NCBI GenBank assembly: GCA_964383715.1
Contig: CAYLHU010000001.1
Location: forward strand, 79,975-116,015
DNA: 36,041 bases
Reading direction: 5' to 3'
From: an uncultured Candidatus Saccharibacteria bacterium
GTDB lineage: Bacteria; Patescibacteriota; Minisyncoccia; Minisyncoccales; CG1-02-41-26
In this document: in pieces, positions 1 to 9,111 of the stretch
Layout of the letters: every line of letters begins with the position of its first letter
Numbering within the stretch: position 1 is the stretch's first letter
The notes under the pieces: model-generated
Database searches by the model: none
Seen by the model: the letters and a program-made list of their open reading frames with translations, nothing else
Told to the model about the DNA's origin: nothing
Made by a program: the position numbers and the translations under genes

Positions 1-2
1 AA

Positions 3-977
3 AACTTTTTTAGTGTTAAACCAAAATATTCATCTTTCCCCGTGGCTAATGTCCCAATCTCTACCGGCTGTGATAATTTTTGCTCCTATTGCGTTGTCCC
101 TTATACAAGAGGACGAGAAAATTGTCGACCAGCGGAGAAAATTATTTCTGAAGTCAAACATCTTGTCAAAAAGAACTTCAAAGAAATATGGTTATTGGGA
201 GAAAATGTTAATAGTTATAAATCCAAAATCCAAATGCCGAAAGATAAGTTTGGAACAAAACCCGAGTTTCAAGAAATAAATTTCTCTGGGCTCTTATCTT
301 TAATTGGCAATATCCCGGGAGATTTTTGGATTAGATTCACCAGTTCCAATCCCAAGGATTTTTCGGATGAACTTATTAGGATTATGGCAAAATCCAAAAA
401 AATAACCCCCTATTTAAATCTCCCTATCCAATCGGGAAGCAACAAGATTTTAGAAGCAATGAAGAGGAGATATAAAGTGAATGATTATTTGAAATTAGTC
501 AAAAAAATCAAAAGGGCGGTACCCGACATCGCCTTATCCACCGATATAATTGTTGGCTTCCCGGGGGAAACAAAAAGGCATTTTAGAAAAACAGCAAGAT
601 TGTTTAAAAAGGTAAAGTTTGATATGGCTTATATCTCCCAATACTCGCCAAGACCTATGACGGCTGCCTTTAAAATGAAAGATAATATTTCTCAAAAAGA
701 AAAAAGAAGAAGAGATAAGGTCTTAACAAAGATTTTGGCTCAAAACAATCAGAAGAAAAATAATAAATTAGTCGGAAAAGAAATAAAGGTCTTAGCAATA
801 AAGGACAAAGATAATTTTATCCTTGGGAAATCACCTCAATATAAAACGATAAAGTTTAAGGGGGAGAGAGAATTAATTGGCTCGTTTCACCAAGTAAAAA
901 TTATTAAGTCGTATCCTTGGGGATTGGGTGGACTTATTGCCAATTTAGATAAAAATGAAAAAGAAGAAATTAGGTAA
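3..977 (+). CDS. miaB: tRNA methylthiotransferase MiaB (radical SAM plus TRAM), 5'-truncated by the window edge
   Basis: The frame is open from nt 3. It has the radical-SAM cluster motif CDNFCSYCVVPYTRG, GFPGET, and a C-terminal TRAM-like segment. The N-terminal domain lies upstream of the window. Confidence 0.85.
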   Translation, partial: NFFSVKPKYSSFPVANVPISTGCDNFCSYCVVPYTRGRENCRPAEKIISEVKHLVKKNFKEIWLLGENVNSYKSKIQMPKDKFGTKPEFQEINFSGLLSLIGNIPGDFWIRFTSSNPKDFSDELIRIMAKSKKITPYLNLPIQSGSNKILEAMKRRYKVNDYLKLVKKIKRAVPDIALSTDIIVGFPGETKRHFRKTARLFKKVKFDMAYISQYSPRPMTAAFKMKDNISQKEKRRRDKVLTKILAQNNQKKNNKLVGKEIKVLAIKDKDNFILGKSPQYKTIKFKGERELIGSFHQVKIIKSYPWGLGGLIANLDKNEKEEIR

Positions 978-1851
978 AATCATAGTTATCTTAGGCCCGA
1001 CATCTTCGGGAAAAACTGATTTATCAATAAAACTTGCCCAGAAATTTAACGGTGAGGTAGTTTCGGCTGATTCAAGACAAGTTTATAAAAATATGGATAT
1101 CGGAACCGGGAAAATCACCAAAGAAGAAATGGAAGGTATCCCCCATCACCTCTTAGATATTGTCTCCCCTAAAAAAAGATTCTCGGTAGCCGAGTACCAA
1201 AGATTAGCAATTGAAAAGATAAAAAAAATCTTGAAAAAGAAAAAGATTCCTTTTTTAGTTGGTGGCTCCCCTTTTTATATTTATTCAGTAGTTGAAGGAT
1301 GGCAATTCCCAAAACTGAAGCCCGACCAAAAGTTAAGAGAAAAACTTGAAAAAAAATCAACCGGAGAACTTTTTGAAATACTGATAAATATTGACAAAGA
1401 AAGAGCCAAAAATATTGATGGGAGTAATAAAAGAAGATTGATTAGGTCTATTGAAATAGCGAAGAAAATGGGGAAAGTCCCTCTCCTTAAAAAAAATTAC
1501 TTGTTTGATTGCCTTCTCTTGGGAATAAGAAAAACAAAAGAAGAATTGGGTCTTTTAATAGAAAAACGGATACTTAGGCGACTCGAAGGAGGAATGCTTG
1601 AAGAAATAAAAAATCTCCACCAAAAAGAAGGAGTGAAATGGGAACGGCTTGACGAGTTTGGTTTGGAATACAGATGGCTTAGCCGTTATCTTCAAAAAAA
1701 AATCACCTATCCTGATATGGTGAAATTTCTTTTGTCAGATACCAAAAAGTTTTCTAAAAGGCAAATGACTTGGTTTAAGAAAGATAAAAGAATAAATTGG
1801 TTAAAAAACGAAAAAGAAGCCCGGAAATTAATTGTAGATTTTCTTGATTAA
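955..1851 (+). CDS. miaA: tRNA dimethylallyltransferase (isopentenyl transferase)
   Basis: P-loop GPTSSGKTDLSIKLA, SADSRQVYKNMDIGTGK and WFKKD near the C-terminus. It overlaps the miaB 3' end by 23 nt. Confidence 0.9.
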   Translation: MKKKKLGKIIVILGPTSSGKTDLSIKLAQKFNGEVVSADSRQVYKNMDIGTGKITKEEMEGIPHHLLDIVSPKKRFSVAEYQRLAIEKIKKILKKKKIPFLVGGSPFYIYSVVEGWQFPKLKPDQKLREKLEKKSTGELFEILINIDKERAKNIDGSNKRRLIRSIEIAKKMGKVPLLKKNYLFDCLLLGIRKTKEELGLLIEKRILRRLEGGMLEEIKNLHQKEGVKWERLDEFGLEYRWLSRYLQKKITYPDMVKFLLSDTKKFSKRQMTWFKKDKRINWLKNEKEARKLIVDFLD

Positions 1852-2922
1852 ATCGGAAGTATTACAAACATTAAGGGATTTGAAAAAAAACTCAAACCTT
1901 GTCCCTAATTCCTCGCATATCTTGTTAATATTTTTTCGAGGCATTTTAGATATTTCTTTTTTAAATGGGCCTAGCCCATTTTTTCTTAACCGATAAATAA
2001 ATTGAATCTCACTTTCGTTTTTTTTCTTTTCCTCCTTGTATTTTTCCTTTAACCAATTATAAATTCTTTCTCTCAATTTTTCAGGGAAATATTCGCTTTC
2101 AAAGACGACATTTTGAAAAGCAGTCGCTAAATGAATTTCGCAACAGCCAATTTCCGGAAATCTTTTAAAATAGTTATCCGGCAAAGTGGAGGCACCATGT
2201 TGGACAGCACCAGCCATTTTAAATCGGCGGGCTTCTTGAGAAATTGTCGCTAAAATCTCAAAATCTTCTTTTGGTTCTTCTAATTTCCCCGAAGAGAGCA
2301 TTAGTCCGCCATGAGAAGTTCCCGTTTGAATAGCCACCTTAATTAACCCTTTTAAGTCGCCGTATTTTAACAACTCTTGGCGATAACCGCTAATAAAATC
2401 TTCGTATTCAAAAATCTTTGTGTTCTCTCCGCCTATTATCCCAATCTCTCCTCCGATTGAAATAGTTATTCTTTTTGGTTCTATTTTTCTTATAAAAGAA
2501 GTTATTTCAGCCGTTTTTTTATAATTTTCCTTTATAGGAAGATTCGAACCATCAATATCAATATTGTAAAACCCGACTTTTACCGCTTCCTTTATCAATT
2601 TTTTTATTTTTCCCAAATCCTTTCCTATTTTAAAATGGTCTCCTTGTAAAAAAATAGGCCCCTTAAAATTTTCTTTTTTTGCTGCTTTGAATACGACCGA
2701 AGAATATTTTTTGAAGGACTGATTCGTATAATCTATTTCTGATTCCGCCAATTCAATAATAAATGCTCCAACTTTGTTTTTCTTCGCTGTTCGGAAAATA
2801 ACCCTTGCCGTATCGTATGTCAAAGTTCTAATATTAAAAGCCGGAACAGTTAATCCTTTTATCTCTTCTTTTCCTATTTTTTGATACAATTTTTGAGTTG
2901 AGTCAAAAAAAATCTTTCCCAT
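1828..2922 (-). CDS. class II (metal-dependent) fructose/ketose-bisphosphate aldolase family protein
   Basis: 364 aa with LQGDH, TGTSHGG and VQHGASTLPD motifs, typical of class II aldolases. The subfamily is not resolved. It overlaps the miaA 3' end tail-to-tail by 24 nt. Confidence 0.6.
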   Translation of the reverse strand: MGKIFFDSTQKLYQKIGKEEIKGLTVPAFNIRTLTYDTARVIFRTAKKNKVGAFIIELAESEIDYTNQSFKKYSSVVFKAAKKENFKGPIFLQGDHFKIGKDLGKIKKLIKEAVKVGFYNIDIDGSNLPIKENYKKTAEITSFIRKIEPKRITISIGGEIGIIGGENTKIFEYEDFISGYRQELLKYGDLKGLIKVAIQTGTSHGGLMLSSGKLEEPKEDFEILATISQEARRFKMAGAVQHGASTLPDNYFKRFPEIGCCEIHLATAFQNVVFESEYFPEKLRERIYNWLKEKYKEEKKKNESEIQFIYRLRKNGLGPFKKEISKMPRKNINKICEELGTRFEFFFKSLNVCNTSDLIKKIYN

Positions 2923-2938
2923 AGTTAAAACTTAATAA

Positions 2939-4420
2939 TCAAGATAATGTTTTTTTAAAAACATTGATAACCTCTTTCGGGTTCGCTGTCCCCTTTGTTA
3001 TAGCCATAACTTGTCCGACTAAAAATTGGAGAGATGTTTCTTTCCCACCTTTATAATCATCAACTGCTTTCTGATTTTTCTTGATTACATCTCTAACCAC
3101 TTTTTCAATTTGCTTATTGTCAGTTATTAAGTTTAGCCCTTTATCCTCAATAATTTGAGAAGGGTCGCCCCCGGTTTCAAACATTGCTTTCAGAAGTATC
3201 TTGGCAATTTTGCTTGAAATCTCCTCAAAATAAATCATTGAAATAAACTCGGCAAAGTTTTCGGGAGTGATTTTAAAGTTTTCATCACCAACACTCTCCC
3301 CTTCTAAGAAACCTTGAAGGTCGCTTGAAATATAATTAGAAGCAATCTTGATAACTTTTTCAAACTCTTTGTCATCTATTTTTTCAGTTGGTTTCTTTTC
3401 TTTTATCCAATTTTTTAACTCTGAAACCACTTTTTCAAAGTAATCCCCTAAGTTCTTTTGAAATACATATATTTCAACATCTTCATCAGAAAGGAAATAT
3501 TCTTTTTTAAATCTTTCCCTTTTTTGCTGGGGCAATTCTCCGATTTCATTTTTGATTTTTTCTATAAATTTTTCGCTAATATTTAAGGGAGGAAGGTCAG
3601 GTTCGGGGAAATAGTGATAGTCGTGGGATTCCTCCTTCTCTCTTTGGGAAAAAGTTATTTCCTTTTTATTATCCCACCCTCTTGTTTCTTGAACCACTTT
3701 TTTGCCTTTTCTTAAAAGTTCCGATTGTCTTGCTGTTTCATAATTAATAGATTTTTCCACCGCCCGCAAGGAGTTTAGATTTTTAACTTCTACTTTTGTC
3801 CCCAATGAAAAGTCCTTTGAAAGAGAGATATTCACCTCGCATCTCATTTCTCCTTTTTCCATATTGGCTCCGGAAACACCTAAATACCTTAAAATCAACT
3901 GAAACTCCTTGGCAAATTTTCGAGCTTCTTCTCCTGAAGAAATATCCGGTTCGGTGACCAATTCCATTAAAGGCACTCCGGCTCTATTAAAATCAACGAG
4001 GGAATAATTTTCTTTTTCTGGATGAATTAAACGACCGGTGTCCTCTTCCAAATGGATTCTATTGATGCGAACTACTTTGTTTTCTCCTCTTGGGGAAATT
4101 TCCAAAAAACCATTCCGGCTTAAAGGAATCTGGTATTGAGATATTTGATACCCCTTGGGCAAATCGGGATAAAAATAGTTTTTTCTCTCAAAAAAACTAT
4201 GTTTTTCAATTTTACAATTTAAAGCCAAGGCCGTTTTTATCACTAAATCCACGGCCTTCTCGTTAATAACCGGCAAAGTCCCCGGATGAGCAAGGCAAAT
4301 TGGACAGATATTAAAATTGGGTCTTTTTTCTTCGGAATCATTTTTACAAGAACAAAACATCTTGGAATTAGTCCCAAGCTCAATATGAATTTCTAAACCG
4401 ATTGTTGGAGAAAAGGACAT
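2939..4420 (-). CDS. gatB: Asp/Glu-tRNA amidotransferase subunit B
   Basis: N-terminus PTIGLEIHIEL and CPICLAHPGTLP, plus a C-terminal YqeY-like tail (LVGQVMAITKGTANP). Confidence 0.95.
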   Translation of the reverse strand: MSFSPTIGLEIHIELGTNSKMFCSCKNDSEEKRPNFNICPICLAHPGTLPVINEKAVDLVIKTALALNCKIEKHSFFERKNYFYPDLPKGYQISQYQIPLSRNGFLEISPRGENKVVRINRIHLEEDTGRLIHPEKENYSLVDFNRAGVPLMELVTEPDISSGEEARKFAKEFQLILRYLGVSGANMEKGEMRCEVNISLSKDFSLGTKVEVKNLNSLRAVEKSINYETARQSELLRKGKKVVQETRGWDNKKEITFSQREKEESHDYHYFPEPDLPPLNISEKFIEKIKNEIGELPQQKRERFKKEYFLSDEDVEIYVFQKNLGDYFEKVVSELKNWIKEKKPTEKIDDKEFEKVIKIASNYISSDLQGFLEGESVGDENFKITPENFAEFISMIYFEEISSKIAKILLKAMFETGGDPSQIIEDKGLNLITDNKQIEKVVRDVIKKNQKAVDDYKGGKETSLQFLVGQVMAITKGTANPKEVINVFKKTLS

Positions 4421-4660
4421 AACAGATAAATTTCTAATTGACCTAATTTCTAATCAATAACCAATGTCTAATAACTAATTAGAGTTAAAATTCTAAACTC
4501 TAAATTCTAAACCCATTTATAATTTATTATTTATTATTTAGAATTTGTTTGGATTTTGACATTTGGATTTGATTTGACATTTGGATTTTGACATTTAGAT
4601 TTAAACCAAGAAATTAGTCATTGGTCATTGGGATTTCATTAGAAATTAGAAATGATAGGC
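4421..4660. repeat. short-word tandem arrays (TCTAAT / CTAAAC / GACATTTGGATTT words)
   Basis: Seen directly. The segment from about 4487 to 4540 is the inverted homolog of about 8975-9030. Confidence 0.7.
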
Positions 4661-4780
4661 GATGAAGCTAAAGCCTCATCTTGACTCGCTTGCCCGAGCA
4701 ACGGCGAAGGGTGGAAAAGATTTTTGAAAAAATCTTTGATTTACTTCGTAAAAACTCGTTAGAAATTAGGTTAATTTTAT

Positions 4781-5449
4781 TCAGTGTTTTCGTCTCTTGT
4801 ATTGTTTCATTATTTCAACACTGGAACTGCTCCCGACAATATCGGCGCCAGCTTTGACCATCATCTCAAAATCCTTCAATGTTCTTATCCCACCAGAGGC
4901 CTTAATTTTTAAACCCGGAGCCGCCTTTCTCATAATTTTAAGATGGCGCGCCTTTTCTTCCAATTCAATATTCCCTAAGGGGTCTTTATCGGTTGCCGTC
5001 TTAACACAAAATCCCCCTGCTTTTTTAACTACCTCTGATGCTTTTTCTATTTCTTCGTTCGTTAAATAACCAGAGCCAATAATAACTTTCGTAGGCAAAA
5101 TTTTACAAATATCCTTTAAGTCATTTAAAACCTCATCGTATCTTTCATATTTTATATCAATAACATTTAATACTACATCTAATTCATTGGCTCCGTCTTT
5201 CTTGGCTTTCTTACATTCCTCCACCCTTTTAGTATGAGAACTCAACCCCATTGGTGGGTCTATTAGAACAATTGTTTTTATCGTCGTATTTCTTAATTCT
5301 TGATTCACAAACTTTACCCATTTTGGGTTAACACAAACACTTCTAAAAGAATATTTTATCGCTTCCCGACAAGTTTTTTTTATTTCTTTCTCGGTGGCTG
5401 TTCCTTTAATATTTGTGTGGTCAATTATTTTAGCAGGATTTTTTAACAT
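4781..5449 (-). CDS. deoC: deoxyribose-phosphate aldolase
   Basis: IDHTNIKGTATEKEI, VCVNP, CVKTATD and IKASGGIR motifs. I moved the start to the ATG at 5449 (MLKNPAK) because the 11 upstream codons are a translated copy of the shared leader motif. Confidence 0.85.
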   Translation of the reverse strand: MLKNPAKIIDHTNIKGTATEKEIKKTCREAIKYSFRSVCVNPKWVKFVNQELRNTTIKTIVLIDPPMGLSSHTKRVEECKKAKKDGANELDVVLNVIDIKYERYDEVLNDLKDICKILPTKVIIGSGYLTNEEIEKASEVVKKAGGFCVKTATDKDPLGNIELEEKARHLKIMRKAAPGLKIKASGGIRTLKDFEMMVKAGADIVGSSSSVEIMKQYKRRKH

Positions 5450-5509
5450 ATTAGAGATTGTTAATGAGTGAATGCGGAGCATTCACGAATGTTACAATGT
5501 CTTACACCC
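5450..5509 (-). promoter_or_regulatory. shared leader cassette (variant) upstream of deoC
   Basis: Minus strand: GGGTGTAAGACATTGTAA, then the hairpin GTGAATGC..GCATTCAC, then TCATTAACAATCTCTAAT-ATG. Confidence 0.55.
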
Positions 5510-5610
5510 AGCACTTATTTTTACGGAAGTATTAGAAGGGTTTTAATTTTGTAATTCTAAGCGATAATGTTAATGCCTATTTTGTGTTTCTATAGAAATA
5601 AGTGCTGGGT
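5506..5610. mobile_element. MITE-like element, long form (copy 1), TIR ACCCAGCACTTATTT / AAATAAGTGCTGGGT
   Basis: Perfect 15-bp terminal inverted repeats. The interior is homologous to the other five copies. Confidence 0.75.
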
Positions 5611-5654
5611 TAGACGGATAAAAGGGCTTGATTAAGAAAAATTCTCCATTATGG

Positions 5655-6272
5655 TTAGAATTTCTCAACCAAACTTTTTATATCTTCGGAAATTTGACTA
5701 ATAGACCTTTCTCCTTTTATAAAATAAACTTTATTTTCTTGGCTATAATCCTCCAAGATTTCCTTATAATTTTGGTAAACTTCTTTTAATTTTCCAAGTT
5801 TCTCAAAAAGGGTCTTTTCTTTACCCCGACTCTCAACTCTTCCGATGGAAACTTCCGGCGAGGTGTCAATAAAAAACACAATATCCGGTTTTAAAAATTT
5901 TCTGTTAAGACCATAAAGTTTTTTTAATTTTAAGCCATCTGATTTGCCATAACTAAAACTGCTAAAAAAATAACGGTCAGAAATTACGATTTTTCCATTT
6001 TTGAGAGCGGGAATGATTATTTTTTTAAGATGGTGCTTCCTGTCCCGAGAAAATAATTTCTGTAATTTTAGGGGAGAAATCTTTTTTTTCTCCGCTAATA
6101 CTTTTTCAATTATTTTCCCCGCCTTTGAGTCCTTTGTCGGCTCTTTAGTTTTCAAAACCTCTTTTCCTTTTTTTTCCAAAAAGTTAGCCAAAAGTTCCAC
6201 TTGAGTTGATTGGCCAGAACCGTCTAATCCCTCAAAAACAATAAATTGTCCGCGATATTTATTCTTTATCAT
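5655..6272 (-). CDS. tmk: thymidylate kinase
   Basis: FIVFEGLDGSGQSTQ P-loop, DRY motif (SDRYFFSS), about 205 aa. Confidence 0.9.
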   Translation of the reverse strand: MIKNKYRGQFIVFEGLDGSGQSTQVELLANFLEKKGKEVLKTKEPTKDSKAGKIIEKVLAEKKKISPLKLQKLFSRDRKHHLKKIIIPALKNGKIVISDRYFFSSFSYGKSDGLKLKKLYGLNRKFLKPDIVFFIDTSPEVSIGRVESRGKEKTLFEKLGKLKEVYQNYKEILEDYSQENKVYFIKGERSISQISEDIKSLVEKF

Positions 6273-6302
6273 TTATGATTATTTTAACATATTTTGGATA
6301 AA

Positions 6303-6331
6303 CAAAAAGCCCCTCTTGAACAAGAAGGGCT
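6303..6331 (-). terminator. rho-independent terminator after the thyX-like gene
   Basis: Minus strand: AAGCCCTTCTTGttCAAGAGGGGCTT followed by TTTGTTTAT. Confidence 0.6.
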
Positions 6332-6357
6332 TATCTTTAAAAGACCGAAATTACTTC

Positions 6358-7458
6358 TCAAATCAGCTCATTGCCGGTATAAATCGCATATTCGGAACCG
6401 TCTTTCTTTACTCCGAACTCAAAGTCATCAAAAATACCAGGAATACGGCGTTGAACCTCTTTGAGAAGATTTACTGCCGACCACCTGATTTCTGGATGAG
6501 CAGCTTGACCGGTTCGCAAATAAAACCAGTGAAGCCACTCTCTCAAATTATATGTTTGGACAATTTGGGATTCTATGCCAATTGGAAGCCATTGTCTGGC
6601 CTCTTCTGGCCTAAGTCCCCTTGCTCGTAAAGCTCGATACCATCCCTCGACTAAATCAACGAACTCTTGAGCAGTAAAAGAATAATTCATCCCTTTAACC
6701 TCAAGATTGACTTTCTGATTAAAATCAAAAATGTTGTTATAGGGAAGAATAAATTTAATTTGGAATTTTTCCAAATCTACTTGACCCTTAGCAAAGTCAA
6801 CATACCTGGTTGATGCTTGAGTATACGAAGTTATTTTTTCATCTCCATTTCTGCTTCGAACATCCTCGTGAGTGAATCCTCGGGAATGATTATTGAACTC
6901 CACCGTCATTGCTCGGTGGGTGAGAATGTCATCTCGTTTGATGATTAACGGACTTCTCGTTAATCTATGGCGATAAAACTTAAAAGAATTGGACTCTTCA
7001 AATCCTATTTCGGGTTGATGAAAAAGAACAGGATTTTCTTTGTGAAGCTCATATAAAAGAGTTTCAATCAGTCCTCTCCCTTCCATTTTTTTGCGAATGA
7101 CCTTTGAATAGGCCTCGTTAAAAATACGAGCATTACCAGAAATCAATAAGAAATCCTGCTCAGCAGTAACCTGAAAAAGCCCATTGGCTTTCAGCAAATC
7201 AAAACCTATTCTTTTTAAGGTGGTTTGGGAAAATGGGGAAAGGAAAAAACTGAACCAACTATGTTCCAGGACAGAATAATGCTTTATTTCCCAAATCATT
7301 TCAATAAACTCTTCCGGCGTTTTTTTGGTTTTTTCTCGTGTTTGGTGTGAAGTACAACCAGCCATCTTGATAAGTTCGTTCATTTCTTGGGGTAATAATC
7401 CTCCAACATCGTCAGATAAAATTCGAAAGCTTCCTTCTTTGAATAGTAATCTTGCCAT
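6358..7458 (-). CDS. thyX: ThyX-family (flavin-dependent thymidylate synthase-like) protein, atypically long and divergent
   Basis: HYSVLEH near the N-terminus. SRGFTHEDVRSR...TSYTQASTRYV stands in place of the canonical SR..HQ.VRHR..S..QQSQRY. The C-terminal part reads ARQWLP...NLREWLHWFYLRTGQAAHPEIR. One of the few genes here with a GGAGG Shine-Dalgarno site. Confidence 0.7.
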   Translation of the reverse strand: MARLLFKEGSFRILSDDVGGLLPQEMNELIKMAGCTSHQTREKTKKTPEEFIEMIWEIKHYSVLEHSWFSFFLSPFSQTTLKRIGFDLLKANGLFQVTAEQDFLLISGNARIFNEAYSKVIRKKMEGRGLIETLLYELHKENPVLFHQPEIGFEESNSFKFYRHRLTRSPLIIKRDDILTHRAMTVEFNNHSRGFTHEDVRSRNGDEKITSYTQASTRYVDFAKGQVDLEKFQIKFILPYNNIFDFNQKVNLEVKGMNYSFTAQEFVDLVEGWYRALRARGLRPEEARQWLPIGIESQIVQTYNLREWLHWFYLRTGQAAHPEIRWSAVNLLKEVQRRIPGIFDDFEFGVKKDGSEYAIYTGNELI

Positions 7459-7516
7459 TTCAATTCCTCCTGTGATTAAATTATTTATTTTTTAAAGTAC
7501 TTTAACAATTTTTTAT

Positions 7517-7936
7517 TTATTCTACCTCAATTCCCATACTCTTGGCTGTTCCTTCAATGATTTTAACTGCTTCATTAATATCTTTAGTGTTAAGGTCAGC
7601 CATTTTCTTTTGAGCAATTTCTTCTAACTGCTTTCTGTTGATTTTGGCAACTTTTTTCCGATTAGGGACTCCCGAGCCCTTTTCTATCCCAGCTGCCTTT
7701 TTTAATAATTCCGAAGTTAAAACGGTCTTTAATTTAAAATCAAACGAACCATTTTCGTAAGCCGTGATTTCAACAGGAATAGTAAAACCTTCCTGCTCAC
7801 TAGTAGCATCATTAAACTTTTGACAAAACTCGCTAATGTTTATGCCGTGTTGAGCCAAGCTGGGCCCCACTGGAGGAGCTGGGCTCGCTTTGCCGGCTTT
7901 AATATGTAATTTTACTATTGCTTTAATTTTCGCCAT
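7517..7936 (-). CDS. rplK: 50S ribosomal protein L11
   Basis: [26 protein letters not shown], 139 aa, downstream of nusG. Confidence 0.95.
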   Translation of the reverse strand: MAKIKAIVKLHIKAGKASPAPPVGPSLAQHGINISEFCQKFNDATSEQEGFTIPVEITAYENGSFDFKLKTVLTSELLKKAAGIEKGSGVPNRKKVAKINRKQLEEIAQKKMADLNTKDINEAVKIIEGTAKSMGIEVE

Positions 7937-7995
7937 ACTTGTTAAGATTTATAAAAATAACGGAATAAATTTTATTATAAATATAATATCTTCTT

Positions 7996-8541
7996 TTATA
8001 ACTTCTTTACCTGTAATGAATCAACCTCAATCGGCGTATCCCGTCCAAAAACATTAACCAATACTTTTAATTTTCCTTTCGCTGTGTCAATTTCAGAAAC
8101 ATTCCCCTCAAATGTCTTAAATGGACCATCGGTAATTTTCACTAAACTTCCGATACTAACATCAATTTTATATTGGGGAGATTCTACTCCAATTCTTTTT
8201 TTCAATATTTCAATTTCCTTATCGGAAACAGCGATAGGCGTTGTTCCGGCTCCAATAAATCCAGTAACCCTTGGCGTATTTCTGACAACATACCATGACT
8301 CGTCAGTTACAATCATTTCAATGAAAACATATCCGGGGTAAATCCTTTCCTCGACCACCTTTCTTTTCCCATTTCTGATTTTAATCTTTTTTTCCTTAGG
8401 AACAATAACATTGAAAACCTCGTCGTCCATATCTAAGTTTTCTATTCTTTGTTTTAAGTTTCTAGCCACCGCCTCTTCTTCTCCCGGATAAGTATGAATA
8501 ACATACCAATTCTTTCCTTGTTGTACTTTTTGTTTTGACAT
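7996..8541 (-). CDS. nusG: transcription termination/antitermination factor NusG
   Basis: WYVIHTYPGEEE NGN domain, C-terminal KOW (VKITDGPF..FEG.V), in secE-nusG-rplK order. Confidence 0.95.
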   Translation of the reverse strand: MSKQKVQQGKNWYVIHTYPGEEEAVARNLKQRIENLDMDDEVFNVIVPKEKKIKIRNGKRKVVEERIYPGYVFIEMIVTDESWYVVRNTPRVTGFIGAGTTPIAVSDKEIEILKKRIGVESPQYKIDVSIGSLVKITDGPFKTFEGNVSEIDTAKGKLKVLVNVFGRDTPIEVDSLQVKKL

Positions 8542-8551
8542 AATGTTAAAA

Positions 8552-8743
8552 CTAAAACACTATCTTACTTAAAATTTTTATAAAAATAAAATCTAAAGCT
8601 CCTAAGAAAAAAGCTACTCCTAATGTTATCCCAACCACTATCAGGGTATGATTGATTGTTTCGTTTCGGGTAGGCCAATCAACTCTTTTAGCTTCAGTCC
8701 AAACTTCTTTAAAAAAAAGTTTTATTTTTTCCAAAATCATCAT
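8552..8743 (-). CDS. secE: preprotein translocase subunit SecE
   Basis: 63 aa, E.KRV.WPTR motif followed by a single TM helix, immediately upstream of nusG. Confidence 0.85.
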   Translation of the reverse strand: MMILEKIKLFFKEVWTEAKRVDWPTRNETINHTLIVVGITLGVAFFLGALDFIFIKILSKIVF

Positions 8744-8761
8744 ATTAGAAATTGTTTCCGC
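8744..8761 (-). promoter_or_regulatory. shared leader motif upstream of secE
   Basis: Minus strand: GCGGAAACAATTTCTAAT-ATG. Confidence 0.55.
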
Positions 8762-8779
8762 TCAAATTTATGAAGTAAA

Positions 8780-8808
8780 ATTGTAGCAGGTTAAAGTTTT
8801 GTTATTAA
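8780..8808 (-). promoter_or_regulatory. candidate promoter of secE-nusG-rplK: TTAATA-17 nt-TGcTACAAT
   Basis: It has the same extended -10 (TGcTACAAT) as the promoter at 12266-12293 and lies about 35 nt upstream of the secE ATG. Confidence 0.45.
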
Positions 8809-8851
8809 ATTTTCATCGTATTTCACACTCGAAAATTTATACAAAACTTTT

Positions 8852-8870
8852 AAAAAAGCCCCAAAGGGGC
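8852..8870 (-). terminator. rho-independent terminator between gyrB and the secE promoter
   Basis: Minus strand: GCCCC-TTT-GGGGC followed by TTTTTTAAAAG. Confidence 0.6.
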
Positions 8871-8940
8871 TATAATTTAATACTACGCCCCACAGATAGT
8901 TTGTCAAGGTGTTCTCCCCCCTCGCAGTTATCGGAGCAAA

Positions 8941-9075
8941 TTCCAAAAAACAAATCACAAATAACAAACAAGCTCTAAATAATAAATTATAAATTATAAA
9001 TGGGTTTAGGGTTTAGAATTTTGGGTTTATTATTTGGGATTTGTTTGGGTTTTGTTATTTGTTATTTGTTATTTT
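8941..9075. repeat. short-word tandem arrays (AAATAACAA / GGGTTTAG / TTGTTATT words)
   Basis: Seen directly. It shares an inverted core of about 50 bp (..TAAATGGGTTTAGGGTTTAGAATTTT) with 4487-4540. Confidence 0.7.
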
Positions 9076-9111
9076 TCCATCAACTGCGGGAGCAATGTCG
9101 GCAGCGGGATA

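Noticed and set aside
5450-5482. Longer N-termini given by the ORF track for deoC (5482), proS (20954), frr (22739), the Cas4-like gene (26314) and the 434-aa protein (32899)
   Set aside because: The extensions translate the shared non-coding leader motif (..TSSNM / ..TISNM), start at TTG, or overlap the upstream gene. Internal ATGs give N-termini that match the protein families.
8881-8940. Possible promoter TTGACA-16 nt-TAGTAT on the minus strand just upstream of the 8852-8870 terminator hairpin
   Set aside because: It would produce a transcript of only about 25-30 nt ending at the terminator and the -10 is weak. It is more likely a chance match within the repeat-flanking sequence.
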